A stretch of 64,000 nucleotides of DNA, from contig CAYZNK010000001.1 in assembly GCA_964479955.1 (NCBI GenBank), positions 144,091 through 208,090 on the forward strand. The letters are read 5' to 3'. The notes below the pieces were generated by a model. That model did no database searches. It worked only from the letters and a program-made list of their open reading frames with translations, and was not told the origin of the DNA. Made by a program: the position numbers and the translations under genes. This document shows, one piece after another, positions 36,461 to 46,562 of this stretch; position 1 is the stretch's first letter; every line of letters starts with the position of its first letter. This DNA comes from an uncultured Candidatus Saccharibacteria bacterium. Lineage in GTDB: Bacteria > Patescibacteriota > Minisyncoccia > Minisyncoccales > Staskawiczbacteraceae.

Positions 36461-36925
36461 ATGGTCAAATCAATTAAAAAAATAGTGGTCACTTCCGGAT
36501 TTTTTAATCCTATGCATATTGGGCATATTAACTTGTTCAAAGAAGCAAAAAGCCTTGGGGATTTTTTAGTTGTAATAGTAAACAACGATGAGCAAGTAAA
36601 ACTAAAAGGAAGTTTTCCTTTTATGTCAGCCCAAGAGAGGTCAGAGATAATAAAGGCGTTAAAATATGTTGATGAAGTTTTTTTATCGGAAGATTTTTTT
36701 ATTGACGGAAAGGAAGTTCCAATTCCAAAATCTTTGCAGATAATAGCTGAAAGGTACCCCGGAGAGTTAATTTTTGCAAAAGGCGGGGACAGGGATATAA
36801 ATCATATTCCTTGGCAAGAAAAAGAAGTTTGCGATAAATTTAAAATAAAAGTAGTTACGAATGTTGGGGGAGATAAAATCCAAAGTTCTTCCTGGCTAAT
36901 ATCTAAGGTTGTCACTAAAAATTGA
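36461..36925 (+). CDS. HIGH-family cytidylyl/adenylyltransferase
   Basis: SGFFNPMHIGH, AKGGDR, KIQSSS. Confidence 0.88.
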   Translation: MVKSIKKIVVTSGFFNPMHIGHINLFKEAKSLGDFLVVIVNNDEQVKLKGSFPFMSAQERSEIIKALKYVDEVFLSEDFFIDGKEVPIPKSLQIIAERYPGELIFAKGGDRDINHIPWQEKEVCDKFKIKVVTNVGGDKIQSSSWLISKVVTKN

Positions 36926-36929
36926 AACA

Positions 36930-38411
36930 ATGTTTTTGAAGGTCCAAAAATTTTTGTTTGAGAATATATCACTCAAGCAAACCATTTTTAAAAATACTTT
37001 CTGGCTGGCTTTGGCAGAATTAGTTTCCAGACTGCTTGAAGCGGTTCTTTTTATTTATATAGCAAGAATTTTAGGAGCCGAAGATTTTGGAAAGTTTGCC
37101 TTTGCCTTGGCAACTTCTTCAATATTTATAGCATTCTCAAGTATGGGGTTTTCTGATGTTTTTACCAGGGAGTTTTCTGGCTCAAAGGAAATTAAAAAAG
37201 AATATTCAGCTGTTTTAACCCTAAAGGTTATATTGGGAATTTTAGCTATATTTTTAGCTATAATTGCTTCATTTTTTATAACCACAGACCATACAATTAT
37301 GCTAATGATAGGGGTTTTGGCTGTTTTTTATTTTTTTAATGATTTTTTTCTCTTTATATATTCTTTTTTGAGAGCCTACCAAAAAATGGAATATGAATCG
37401 GCTTTTAAGATATTTAGGTCTTTGGTATTGTCGGCAGTAGTGCTTTTTATAATTTTTGAAAGCCCCTCTTTAAAAAATATCAGCCTTGGATATTTGTCAG
37501 CTAATATTTTTGCTTTAATTTTGGTATTAATCTTTTTCCATTTTAAGATTTACCCCTTAAAGCTGGACTTCAATATAAACGTTTGGAAAAAATTTTTAAA
37601 GCTTTCGTGGCCCGTGGGGCTTGCTGCCATTTTTGGAGCAATTTTTATAAATGCAGATTCTGTAATTTTGGGATATTTTAATCTTATAGTTGAAAACGGA
37701 TGGTATGGAGCCGCCAGAAGAACTGTGGCGATTATAATTATACCGTCATCTTTGGTTTCAATGAGTTTTTATCCTGTGTTAAGCCAGTTGTTTTTGGAGT
37801 CAAAAGCAAAGATGCAAAAGGTTTGGAATTATTATTTGGGCTCAATGATAATTTTTGCTTTGCCCGTTACCTTTGGAGGGGTGGTAGCTGCCTCTAAAAT
37901 TATTAATTTTATTTATGGGCAAAACTTTTCTCCTGCAATTCTTATTTTTCAAATTTTGATATTTATTGCCGGAATAAATTTTGTATACAGCGCTTATTCT
38001 ATAATGTTGATAGTTTCCAGACACCAAGAAAAATATTTGTTTATAAATATGACAGCTGCTTTGATTAATATTGTTTTAAATTTTGTTTTAATATCTCTAT
38101 ATGGTCCGTATGGGGCAGCTGTTGCGGCTGTGATTACTTATATTATCTTGTTTTTTATGGCAGTTTTTCTTCTACATAAATTTTCAATTATGACTACTTT
38201 TAACATATATCTATTCAGGATTCTTATTTTATCTGTTATCGCGACTGCAATAATGCTGATTTTCATAGGTATTCCAATTATTCAAAGCCTTAATGTTATA
38301 TTCTTAGTTTCTTTTGGAATATGTATTTATTTTGTTGTGTTTTCCGGCCTATATAAAACTTTTCAAAAAAAATGGAAATTGCCTCGATTAATATTGTTTA
38401 AGTATGATTAA
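36930..38411 (+). CDS. Wzx-type flippase
   Basis: IFKNTFWL, ARILGAEDFGKF, GWYGAA, GAAVA; about 14 TMs. Confidence 0.9.
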   Translation: MFLKVQKFLFENISLKQTIFKNTFWLALAELVSRLLEAVLFIYIARILGAEDFGKFAFALATSSIFIAFSSMGFSDVFTREFSGSKEIKKEYSAVLTLKVILGILAIFLAIIASFFITTDHTIMLMIGVLAVFYFFNDFFLFIYSFLRAYQKMEYESAFKIFRSLVLSAVVLFIIFESPSLKNISLGYLSANIFALILVLIFFHFKIYPLKLDFNINVWKKFLKLSWPVGLAAIFGAIFINADSVILGYFNLIVENGWYGAARRTVAIIIIPSSLVSMSFYPVLSQLFLESKAKMQKVWNYYLGSMIIFALPVTFGGVVAASKIINFIYGQNFSPAILIFQILIFIAGINFVYSAYSIMLIVSRHQEKYLFINMTAALINIVLNFVLISLYGPYGAAVAAVITYIILFFMAVFLLHKFSIMTTFNIYLFRILILSVIATAIMLIFIGIPIIQSLNVIFLVSFGICIYFVVFSGLYKTFQKKWKLPRLILFKYD

Positions 38412-39258
38412 AAAACAAAATAATAAAATAATAGCTGTTACCGGAGCCGATGGGTTTTTAGGAAAAAAACTTTGTTTAAGGCTTGAAGAGCTTGGTTATG
38501 AAGTTTTAAGGCTTGACCTTGAAAATTTTGATGTAAAAAATAAAATAGAATTACCTCAAAACATAGACGTTATATATCACTTGGCCGCCATCAATAAGCC
38601 TTATTTATCAAAAGAAGCGCCCCTTGAAACCTTCAAAACAAATGTTTTGGGAACATTAAATCTATTGGAGGCTGTAAAAAATTACGGCGTTAAAAAAATA
38701 ATTTTTACTTCATCTGTATTCGTTTATAAGGACCTGCAAAAAACTAAAGAGAGCGATTTGGTAGAATATAACGGCATTTATCCTTATGGATTGGAAAAAT
38801 TGGTTTGTGAAGAATATATAAAGATATATTCTGGCTTGTGCGGATTTGATTATGCAATACTAAGAATTACTGGAGTCTATGGTCCCGGAATGTACAAAAA
38901 TCCTATTTATGACTTCATACAGGGATTTTTGAGGGGAGAGATTAACCTTTATGTAAATAAAAAATCCGTATATAATTTTGTTTATATTGATGACGTTGTT
39001 TCAGGGCTTATAAAAGCATTAAAATGGAAAAATCAAATTCTTAATTTATGTTCTGACAAAAGCGTAAAACTGACAGAAATTTATAATTTATTGTCTAAAA
39101 TGTTAAAAAATAAGTCCGAAGTTAGTGACACAAAAAATATTATTAAAATTAAAGGTAATAACAAAAAAATAAAAAAAATGGGCTGGAATCCAGCTTATTC
39201 TCTTGAAAAAGGATTAATTAAAACTTATAAATTTTTAAAAGATAATGAAAAAAAATAA
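38404..39258 (+). CDS. NAD-dependent epimerase/dehydratase
   Basis: TGADGFLG, HLAA, YGLEK, VYGPG. Confidence 0.88.
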   Translation: MIKKQNNKIIAVTGADGFLGKKLCLRLEELGYEVLRLDLENFDVKNKIELPQNIDVIYHLAAINKPYLSKEAPLETFKTNVLGTLNLLEAVKNYGVKKIIFTSSVFVYKDLQKTKESDLVEYNGIYPYGLEKLVCEEYIKIYSGLCGFDYAILRITGVYGPGMYKNPIYDFIQGFLRGEINLYVNKKSVYNFVYIDDVVSGLIKALKWKNQILNLCSDKSVKLTEIYNLLSKMLKNKSEVSDTKNIIKIKGNNKKIKKMGWNPAYSLEKGLIKTYKFLKDNEKK

Positions 39259-40360
39259 TTACGACAAAAAAGAATGGGCAAGCCCTTACAATGAGTTTAA
39301 TTCCATAAAAATTCTTTATTTCAAAGAGCACTTGGATGGGATAATAAAAGGCAAATTTTTGCCTCCTATCACTGTTGATACAGACCCTACCAATTTATGT
39401 AATTTTAATTGTATTTGGTGCAATGCCAAAGGATTCAGAAAAGAGTCGGCTTCCTCAATGCCCCGTGAGCATTTGCTTAAATTGGCAGATTTTTATAAAG
39501 AATGGGGGGTCAAATCAACCTGTGTGGCAGGCGGAGGAGAGCCAATGGCAAATCCGGGTTTTGCTGATTTTTTAAAAAGATTGCATAAAAACGGAATAAA
39601 AATAGGGGTAATATCAAATGGCAGTTTATTGGATCAAAAGAATGCAGAAGCTGTTGTAAAATATGCAAGTTGGTGCGGAATTTCAATGGATGCGGGAAGT
39701 AGCAGTGTTTTTATGAAAATAAAAGGTTTGAAAGACAAAACAATGTTTGATAAGGTTGTTGCCAATATAAAAAGAATGGTTGCTTTAAAAAGAAAGTTAA
39801 AATCAAACGTGGAAATTACTTACAAATACCTTTTGCATCCCTATAATGTTAAAGATATCTACAAGGCTGCAAAGCTTGCAAAATCCTTAGGAATGAATAC
39901 CTTTCATTTAAGGCCTGTTTGCTGGGATAATTTATATAATCAAGAGCATTCAGAGCCCATAAATTTTTCTGATTATACAGAGTTAATAGAGAAAGAAATA
40001 GAAAAGGCCAAGAAATTGGATGACAAGAATTTTAAGTTTTATAGCGTTAGGCATAAGTTTGGAGAAAATTTTGAAAGAAAAATTAATTTTAAAAAATGTT
40101 TGGCAACGCCATTATTGGCAACTTTTGGAGCGGATGGGAACGTTCATTTATGTTTCGACGTGAGGGGTAAAAAAGAGTGGGTGCTATGCAGTCATTATCC
40201 TGACCCGCGTAAAATTTTAAAAGTTTGGGGCAGTGCTCGTCATAAAAAAATTATAGACAGCATCAATGTTAAAAAATGCCCCAGGTGCACCTTTGGGCCG
40301 TATAACGAGATAATAGAAAAGGCGGTAATTGAAGACAAAATGTTTTTGGATTTTATTTAA
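39245..40360 (+). CDS. Radical SAM protein with SPASM/twitch-like C-terminus
   Basis: CNFNCIWC, GGGEP, C-terminal C..DGNVHLC..CPRC. Confidence 0.9.
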   Translation: MKKNNYDKKEWASPYNEFNSIKILYFKEHLDGIIKGKFLPPITVDTDPTNLCNFNCIWCNAKGFRKESASSMPREHLLKLADFYKEWGVKSTCVAGGGEPMANPGFADFLKRLHKNGIKIGVISNGSLLDQKNAEAVVKYASWCGISMDAGSSSVFMKIKGLKDKTMFDKVVANIKRMVALKRKLKSNVEITYKYLLHPYNVKDIYKAAKLAKSLGMNTFHLRPVCWDNLYNQEHSEPINFSDYTELIEKEIEKAKKLDDKNFKFYSVRHKFGENFERKINFKKCLATPLLATFGADGNVHLCFDVRGKKEWVLCSHYPDPRKILKVWGSARHKKIIDSINVKKCPRCTFGPYNEIIEKAVIEDKMFLDFI

Positions 40361-40367
40361 ATCTTGT

Positions 40368-41438
40368 ATGAAAATATTTTACGCGGCTTTTAAATATGAA
40401 TATGGGAACGTTGAGCGCGGTTTTAGTTTTGAACATTATAATTTTTATGATACGCTGGTAAAAATGAATGGAGGAGAAAACAGCGTGATTTATTTTCCTG
40501 TTGATCAAATGTTAAAGGAGCACGGCAGAGATAGAATGAATAGCCTTCTTTTAGATATTGTTTTCAAGGAAAAACCGGATTTATGCTTCTTTTTTCTTGT
40601 TGGAGAAGAAATAAAAAAAGAAACAATAGGGGATATTACCAAAAAATCTGGAGCATTAACTTTAAATTGGTTTGCTGATGACCATTGGAAGTTTGATGTT
40701 TTTTCTAAGCATTGGGCCCCATGTTTTAGCTGGATTGTTACAACAGACCCTTTGGCTGTTGGGAAATATTATAAAATAGGTTACAAAAATGTAATACATA
40801 GCCAGTGGGCCTGCAACCATTTTTTGTGCAAGCCCTTGGATTTACCTAAAATTTATGATGTCACTTTTCTGGGCCAACCTCACGGCAATAGAAAAAAAAT
40901 AGTAAAAAAAATCAAAAAAGCCGGGATACGCATAGAGTGTTGGGGATGGGGATGGCCTCGAGGATGTGTTTCGGAAGATAAAATGGTTGAAATTTTTTGT
41001 CAGAGTAAAATAAATCTTGGTCTGACTAATAGTTCCTTTGAAGGACTCTTGAAGTCATTATTCAGAATATTTTTAAAAAAATCCACTGACAAAAAGATAA
41101 AGATTAGTAATCCTTTCCACTGGATAGGAAATTTAAAAATGATTTTGAATAAACGGAAAAATCAATTAAAGGGAAGAAATTATGATATTCCCGGATGCAG
41201 GTCTTTTTTGCTTACTCAGGATGCAGATGATTTAAAGAAGCGCTATCAAGATGGTAAGGAAATAGTTATTTTTAAAGATGATGATGACCTTATAAAAAAG
41301 ATAAAATTTTATTTAAAAAACGAGAAAGAAAGAGAAAATATTGCCAGAGTAGGGTATGAAAGGACTATTAAAGAACATACTTATGAAAAAAGGTTTAACG
41401 AAATTTTTAATATAATGGAATTAAATAAAAATGGATAA
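40368..41438 (+). CDS. CgeB-like glycosyltransferase
   Basis: WFADDHW, YDVTFLG, SKINL, KGRNYDIPGC, EHTYEKR; ATG at 40368. Confidence 0.8.
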   Translation: MKIFYAAFKYEYGNVERGFSFEHYNFYDTLVKMNGGENSVIYFPVDQMLKEHGRDRMNSLLLDIVFKEKPDLCFFFLVGEEIKKETIGDITKKSGALTLNWFADDHWKFDVFSKHWAPCFSWIVTTDPLAVGKYYKIGYKNVIHSQWACNHFLCKPLDLPKIYDVTFLGQPHGNRKKIVKKIKKAGIRIECWGWGWPRGCVSEDKMVEIFCQSKINLGLTNSSFEGLLKSLFRIFLKKSTDKKIKISNPFHWIGNLKMILNKRKNQLKGRNYDIPGCRSFLLTQDADDLKKRYQDGKEIVIFKDDDDLIKKIKFYLKNEKERENIARVGYERTIKEHTYEKRFNEIFNIMELNKNG

Positions 41439-42294
41439 TCCTTTAGTTTCAGTTGTAATTACTGTTTATAATGGGGAGAAATTTATTAAAAGGGCCGTTG
41501 ATAGTGTTTTGCGCCAAAGTTATAAAAATATAGAGCTGGTTTTGGTTGATGACGGCTCAAAAGACAAAACATTAGAGGTGTTAAGAGAGCTTGAGAGACA
41601 GAATGAAAATGTTATTGTTTTGGTTAATGAGCAAAATCTTGGTTTTGTAAAATCATTAAATAAAGGAGTTGGGGCCGCAAATGGAAAATATATTGCAAGG
41701 CTTGATGATGATGACTTTTGGTTTGACGACAAAAAAATTGAAAAGCAGATTAATTTTTTGGAAAAAAACAGCGATTATGTGCTTTGCGGAGGCGGATTAA
41801 TAAAAATAGATTTTAATGGTTCAGAAAAAATAAGATATTTGTTTCCGGAAAAAGACCAGGACATAAGAAAAAATATTTTAGTTGATAATCTTTTTGCCCA
41901 TAGTGCCACGGTTTTTTTGAAGGAAGCTTTCTTGGGGGCTTCAGGATACGACCAGAATTTTGGATTTTTTGCAGATATGGATTTATGGTTGAAACTTGGA
42001 AAAATAGGAAAATTTTATAATTTTCCCGAATATTTCGTTTATTATTTAGATAAGGAGAGTGATAATAACTATAATACCAGAAATAATCTCACAAGAAGGA
42101 AATTTTTTTCTAACATTAAACTGAGAAGTAAATACAGGAAGGATTACCCCGGATTTTTCAAATCAATCCTTGTTTGTTTTGCAAGCTTTATTTATTCTTT
42201 TTTACCCCTTAGAAACAAATTTTGGAAAATATTATTTAAAACAAGGTCTTTGGTTGTCGGAAAACCTCCCTATAAATATTACAAACAAAAATGA
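41431..42294 (+). CDS. Family 2 glycosyltransferase
   Basis: VSVVITVYN, VDDGSKD, ARLDDDD, DMDLW. Confidence 0.93.
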   Translation: MDNPLVSVVITVYNGEKFIKRAVDSVLRQSYKNIELVLVDDGSKDKTLEVLRELERQNENVIVLVNEQNLGFVKSLNKGVGAANGKYIARLDDDDFWFDDKKIEKQINFLEKNSDYVLCGGGLIKIDFNGSEKIRYLFPEKDQDIRKNILVDNLFAHSATVFLKEAFLGASGYDQNFGFFADMDLWLKLGKIGKFYNFPEYFVYYLDKESDNNYNTRNNLTRRKFFSNIKLRSKYRKDYPGFFKSILVCFASFIYSFLPLRNKFWKILFKTRSLVVGKPPYKYYKQK

Positions 42295-43034
42295 CTATCC
42301 AATTTATCAAAAAAATATTTCCAGAAAGAATAAAGTTTTTAATTCGCCCCATTTATCATTTCTTTGATATAAAAATCAGCGAAGAGATTATAAGGGATTT
42401 AGAGGAATATTTTAATTTACCTCGGAAAAAGGTAAAATATTTTCTAAAAAACGGCCATAAATTAAGCGCTGATTTATGGAAATGTTTTAACCCAAAAACA
42501 GAAAAAGAAATCAGCGATTTTTATAAATTGAATCCTTTTTATGTTTTTGACCTTTTATATTGGCAGGGAACGTCGATGCAAAAAGAATTCAGACAAAATA
42601 TATTAAAATTGGCGAAAGGTAATGTTTTAGATTACGGGGCAGGAGCCGGAGATATGTCAGTCGCGCTTTTTAAAAGCGGATTTTCGATTGATTATGCGGA
42701 TTTGCCCTCAAAAACTTCTGACTTTGCAAAGTGGTGGTTTAACAAGCATAATTGTAAAATAAAAATAATTGATTTAGAAAAAGAACAAATTTCTCAAAAG
42801 TACGATACCGTTTTATGTTTGGATGTTATAGAGCACATTGTAAAACCAGATGAATTATTAAAGAAGTTTTCAAATTATTTAAACAAGGACGGAGTTCTTA
42901 TTATAACTAACTTAAAAGCAGACGTTTCAAAAGACGCCCCAATGCATTTTAAGATAAATTTTGATGCAGAAAAATATCTTAAATCTTTGGGAATGGAAAA
43001 ATCAAAAAAGCCGTTTTTATGGATAAAAAAATAA
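42291..43034 (+). CDS. Class I SAM-dependent methyltransferase
   Basis: VLDYGAGAG, YDTVLCLDVIEH. Confidence 0.88.
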   Translation: MTIQFIKKIFPERIKFLIRPIYHFFDIKISEEIIRDLEEYFNLPRKKVKYFLKNGHKLSADLWKCFNPKTEKEISDFYKLNPFYVFDLLYWQGTSMQKEFRQNILKLAKGNVLDYGAGAGDMSVALFKSGFSIDYADLPSKTSDFAKWWFNKHNCKIKIIDLEKEQISQKYDTVLCLDVIEHIVKPDELLKKFSNYLNKDGVLIITNLKADVSKDAPMHFKINFDAEKYLKSLGMEKSKKPFLWIKK

Positions 43035-43948
43035 AAAAAATTTTAATTACAGGGTCTTCGGGTACTATTGGCACGCGGCTTTTTGAAAAGCTTTTAGAGG
43101 GAGGATTTGAGGTTATTGGTTTTGATAAAAGAAAGAATAAATGGCATAAAAGAATAAATGATTTGACAATCATTGGAGATTTATTGAATAAAAAAGATAT
43201 AGAAAAATTAACGAAAGACTTTGATTTGATAATTCATTTGGCAGCTAACGCAAGGGTTTATAAACTTGTTTTAGAGCCTAAATTGGCCCTAGATAATATA
43301 ACAGCAACTTATAACATTTTAGATTTTGCAAGAAAAAATAATATAAAAAAAATTATTTTTTCAAGTTCAAGAGAAGTTTACGGCAATAGAAAAAAGATAA
43401 CTGCGACAGAGAAAGAGGTTGCTTTGCAAACATGCGAAAGTGCTTATTCAGCCAGTAAAATGTCCGGTGAAGCACTTTTATATTCCTTTTCTAAATGTTA
43501 CAGAATGGACTATATTGTTTGCAGGTTTTCCAATGTTTTTGGCATGTACGACGATAGTGAAAGATTTATGCCGTTGGTGATAAAGAGAATGAAGAACAAC
43601 GAAGATATAAAAATATACGATAAATCTAAAGTGCTGGATTTTACCTACATTGACGACTGTGTGGCGGGAATAATAAAGTGCGTTGATAAGTTTGACAAGG
43701 CAAAAAATAATACTTTTAACATAGCATCAGGTCGTGGAGAAAAAATTTTAGATGTTGCAAAAGGAATCAAGGATAAATTAAATAGCAGTAGCAAAATTAT
43801 TTTGAAAAAAAATCTTCAGGGAGAAATTATAAAATTTGTTGCCGATATATCAAAAGCAAAAAGGCTGCTCGGTTACAAGCCGGAAAATTTTATTGGAAAA
43901 AGCATTGATAAAACCATTGATTGGTATAAGAAAAATTTATGGATGTAA
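43019..43948 (+). CDS. NAD-dependent epimerase/dehydratase
   Basis: TGSSGTIG, SSREVYG, YSASK. Confidence 0.9.
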   Translation: MDKKIKKILITGSSGTIGTRLFEKLLEGGFEVIGFDKRKNKWHKRINDLTIIGDLLNKKDIEKLTKDFDLIIHLAANARVYKLVLEPKLALDNITATYNILDFARKNNIKKIIFSSSREVYGNRKKITATEKEVALQTCESAYSASKMSGEALLYSFSKCYRMDYIVCRFSNVFGMYDDSERFMPLVIKRMKNNEDIKIYDKSKVLDFTYIDDCVAGIIKCVDKFDKAKNNTFNIASGRGEKILDVAKGIKDKLNSSSKIILKKNLQGEIIKFVADISKAKRLLGYKPENFIGKSIDKTIDWYKKNLWM

Positions 43949-44862
43949 TAATTGTTTGCCATACTGAATTTGGGTTTGTTAGCGGAAAAAAAATAGTTTT
44001 TGATAAAAAAGCCGCGCAAGGGGTCACATCCGGAGTTTTAAATTTAGTAAAAATTGCAGAAAAATACGGAGCCAAAGTATCTTTCGCTGTGATGCCAGAG
44101 GTTGCAAGCCATTTTCCTCAGAATATAAAGCATGAGATAGGCTTGCATATCCATCCGGGTTGGCAAGAATTTAAAGAAAAAGATTATTCTTTTTTTGTGG
44201 GAGACGCTTATTTTAAAAAAAACTGCAGGCAAGATTCTGATTCAACGGCTCTAAGAGACCACTCATATCAAAGCCAATTTGATATGATTAAAACAGGCAA
44301 AAGTTATCTGAAAGAAACCCTTAATTGCGAACCTAAATTTTTTGTGGCAGGCAGGTGGTCTTTAAATAACGACACCATAAAAGCCCTAATTGAGAATGGA
44401 TTTGTTCATGATTGTTCTGCGGTTCCAAATTCAAAGGCGGGCCATCATAACTGGTCAGAGCTGCCAAGAATTTGCATGCCTTATAATCCTGATAAAAATG
44501 ATTATCAAAAAGAGGGGAGTTTGCCCATTTTAATGGTTCCTGTTTCCCAGTTTTTTCCGGCAGGAAGTGTTAATGTGGAATCATTCCCTTATTACGGGCT
44601 TTCTTGGCTAAAAGCCTGTTTTTTAGAATATTATAAACAGGGCGCTCCTTTGTTCCATATTTGCCTTCATTCTCCTTCAATGACAGATGATTATTTTATT
44701 TCTGCATTGGACAGTCTTTTATATTTTATTTCAAAACATAAAGAAATAAATTTCAGATTTGTTTCTGAAATTAAAAAATATCCGGAAAAAAAATATAAGA
44801 CCAATCTTGTGCCCTATATTTTAAATATCAATTCTAAAATTATAAAAAGATTATTTTTTTAA
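43939..44862 (+). CDS. Polysaccharide deacetylase-like (CE4-type fold) protein
   Basis: HEIGLHIHP, FVAGRW, LHSPS. Confidence 0.65.
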   Translation: MDVIIVCHTEFGFVSGKKIVFDKKAAQGVTSGVLNLVKIAEKYGAKVSFAVMPEVASHFPQNIKHEIGLHIHPGWQEFKEKDYSFFVGDAYFKKNCRQDSDSTALRDHSYQSQFDMIKTGKSYLKETLNCEPKFFVAGRWSLNNDTIKALIENGFVHDCSAVPNSKAGHHNWSELPRICMPYNPDKNDYQKEGSLPILMVPVSQFFPAGSVNVESFPYYGLSWLKACFLEYYKQGAPLFHICLHSPSMTDDYFISALDSLLYFISKHKEINFRFVSEIKKYPEKKYKTNLVPYILNINSKIIKRLFF

Positions 44863-45762
44863 GATTGCTTTATAAACGCCCTTTTCATCTATTTTATGGT
44901 AGGATTTTAAAAATGATTTTGATCCGGAAATATTTTTAAATTTATCTGCCACACCAAGATTTTTTATAATTTTATTTTTAATCCCGTTTTTTACCAAAAT
45001 TTGGTTAACAATGCTTCCTAGCCCACCCATAATACTGTGTTCTTCTAAGGTAATTATTTTTTTGATATTTTTCAATTCTTTTATTAAAAATTTTTCATCA
45101 ACTGGTTTTAATGTATGCATATGTATTATTTTAAAATCAAGATTATCTCTTTCCGCCAAGTTTGAAACTCCAAGGGCAACTTCCAAACAAGTTCCTGTTG
45201 TTATTAAAGCAATTTTTTTTCCGTTTTTGTAAACAACGGGCTTTCCTATGGAAATTTTTTTAATTTTTTGATGTGTTGTATTGCCTGATTTATCCATCCT
45301 CATATAGGTTGATTTTTTGTTGGCATAAGATTTTAACATAAGTTTTTCTGTTTCTTCTGGATTTGCCGGAGATAATAACACTAAGTTTGGCAAAGCGTTT
45401 AATATTGAAATATCTTCTATTCCATAATGGGTAAAATCATGCGGACCATAGGAAAATCCGGCTCCCATCCCAATTATTTTTACATTTAGATTTGGATAGC
45501 AGATGTCGTTTCTTACCTGTTCAAAACACCTCATTGTTGCAAACGGAATAATAGAATAAACATAGGGTTTTTTCCCTTCCAATGCCAATCCGGAAGCAAT
45601 TCCCATCATTGTCTGTTCAATTAACCCGCAATTTATGAATCTGTCTGGGAATTTTTTTGCAAAATTTTCAAACACAGAAAATCCAAGGTCTCCGGTCAGA
45701 AGATAAATATTTTTATCTTTTTCTGCTAACTTTTCCAGTGTTTTTATAAAAGCCTTTCTCAT
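44851..45762 (-). CDS. Transketolase, C-terminal (pyrimidine-binding) subunit
   Basis: LTGDLGF, FINCGLIEQ, RCFEQVRND, TLEEH. Confidence 0.92.
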   Translation of the reverse strand: MRKAFIKTLEKLAEKDKNIYLLTGDLGFSVFENFAKKFPDRFINCGLIEQTMMGIASGLALEGKKPYVYSIIPFATMRCFEQVRNDICYPNLNVKIIGMGAGFSYGPHDFTHYGIEDISILNALPNLVLLSPANPEETEKLMLKSYANKKSTYMRMDKSGNTTHQKIKKISIGKPVVYKNGKKIALITTGTCLEVALGVSNLAERDNLDFKIIHMHTLKPVDEKFLIKELKNIKKIITLEEHSIMGGLGSIVNQILVKNGIKNKIIKNLGVADKFKNISGSKSFLKSYHKIDEKGVYKAILKK

Positions 45763-45764
45763 TT

Positions 45765-46562
45765 TTAGTTTTCAAGATTTTTTAAAAATAATTCATATTC
45801 TTCTTTTCCTGGAGATTTATAATGAGACTCCAATTTTCCCTCCATTGTTTTTATGCCCTTACCCTTTATTGTATCGGCAATTATAACATTGGGTGCGTCT
45901 TTCTTAAAAGGAAGATCTTTTAAAGTTTTTTCTATTTCATAAAAATCGTGGCCATTAATTCCTTTTACCTGCCATCCAAACGAAATCCATTTTTCTTTTA
46001 ATGGCTCCAAATTTAGAACTTCATTGGTTTTTCCAAGAGCCTGCAGTTTGTTATAGTCAATAATAACGGTTAGGTTGTCTAATTTATGATGGCTGGCAAA
46101 TAAAGCCGATTCCCAGGTTGTTCCTTCATCGCATTCTCCGTCTGAAATTAAAACAAAAATGCGGTGTTTTTCTTTATCTTTCTTTGCGGCTAAAGACATT
46201 CCAATCGCAATGGGAAGGCCGTGTCCTAAAGCTCCTGTTGAAGCTTCAATCCCGGGAACGGTTCCTTTTGTGGCATGTCCAGGAAGTCTACTTTTATTTT
46301 GACAATAAGTTTTTAACAAGTCTTTTGAAAAAAAACCTTTTTCTGCCAGCACAGCATATAGGGCGCTTACAGCATGGCTTTTACTCATTATAAACCTGTC
46401 TCTGTTTTTATTGTTGGGATTTTTGGGTTCAATGTTCATTATCTTAAAATATAAAACAGCCAAAATGTCAGCGCACGACAAAGCAGACCCAATGTGCGAG
46501 TCTTGGGAAAGATAATGCATGTTTAATATACTTTTTTTTATTTCTTTTAAATAATTATTCAT
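45765..46562 (-). CDS. Transketolase, N-terminal (ThDP-binding) subunit
   Basis: HIGSALS, RDRFIMSKSH, STGALGHG, SDGECDEG..DYN, TIKGKG. Confidence 0.92.
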   Translation of the reverse strand: MNNYLKEIKKSILNMHYLSQDSHIGSALSCADILAVLYFKIMNIEPKNPNNKNRDRFIMSKSHAVSALYAVLAEKGFFSKDLLKTYCQNKSRLPGHATKGTVPGIEASTGALGHGLPIAIGMSLAAKKDKEKHRIFVLISDGECDEGTTWESALFASHHKLDNLTVIIDYNKLQALGKTNEVLNLEPLKEKWISFGWQVKGINGHDFYEIEKTLKDLPFKKDAPNVIIADTIKGKGIKTMEGKLESHYKSPGKEEYELFLKNLEN

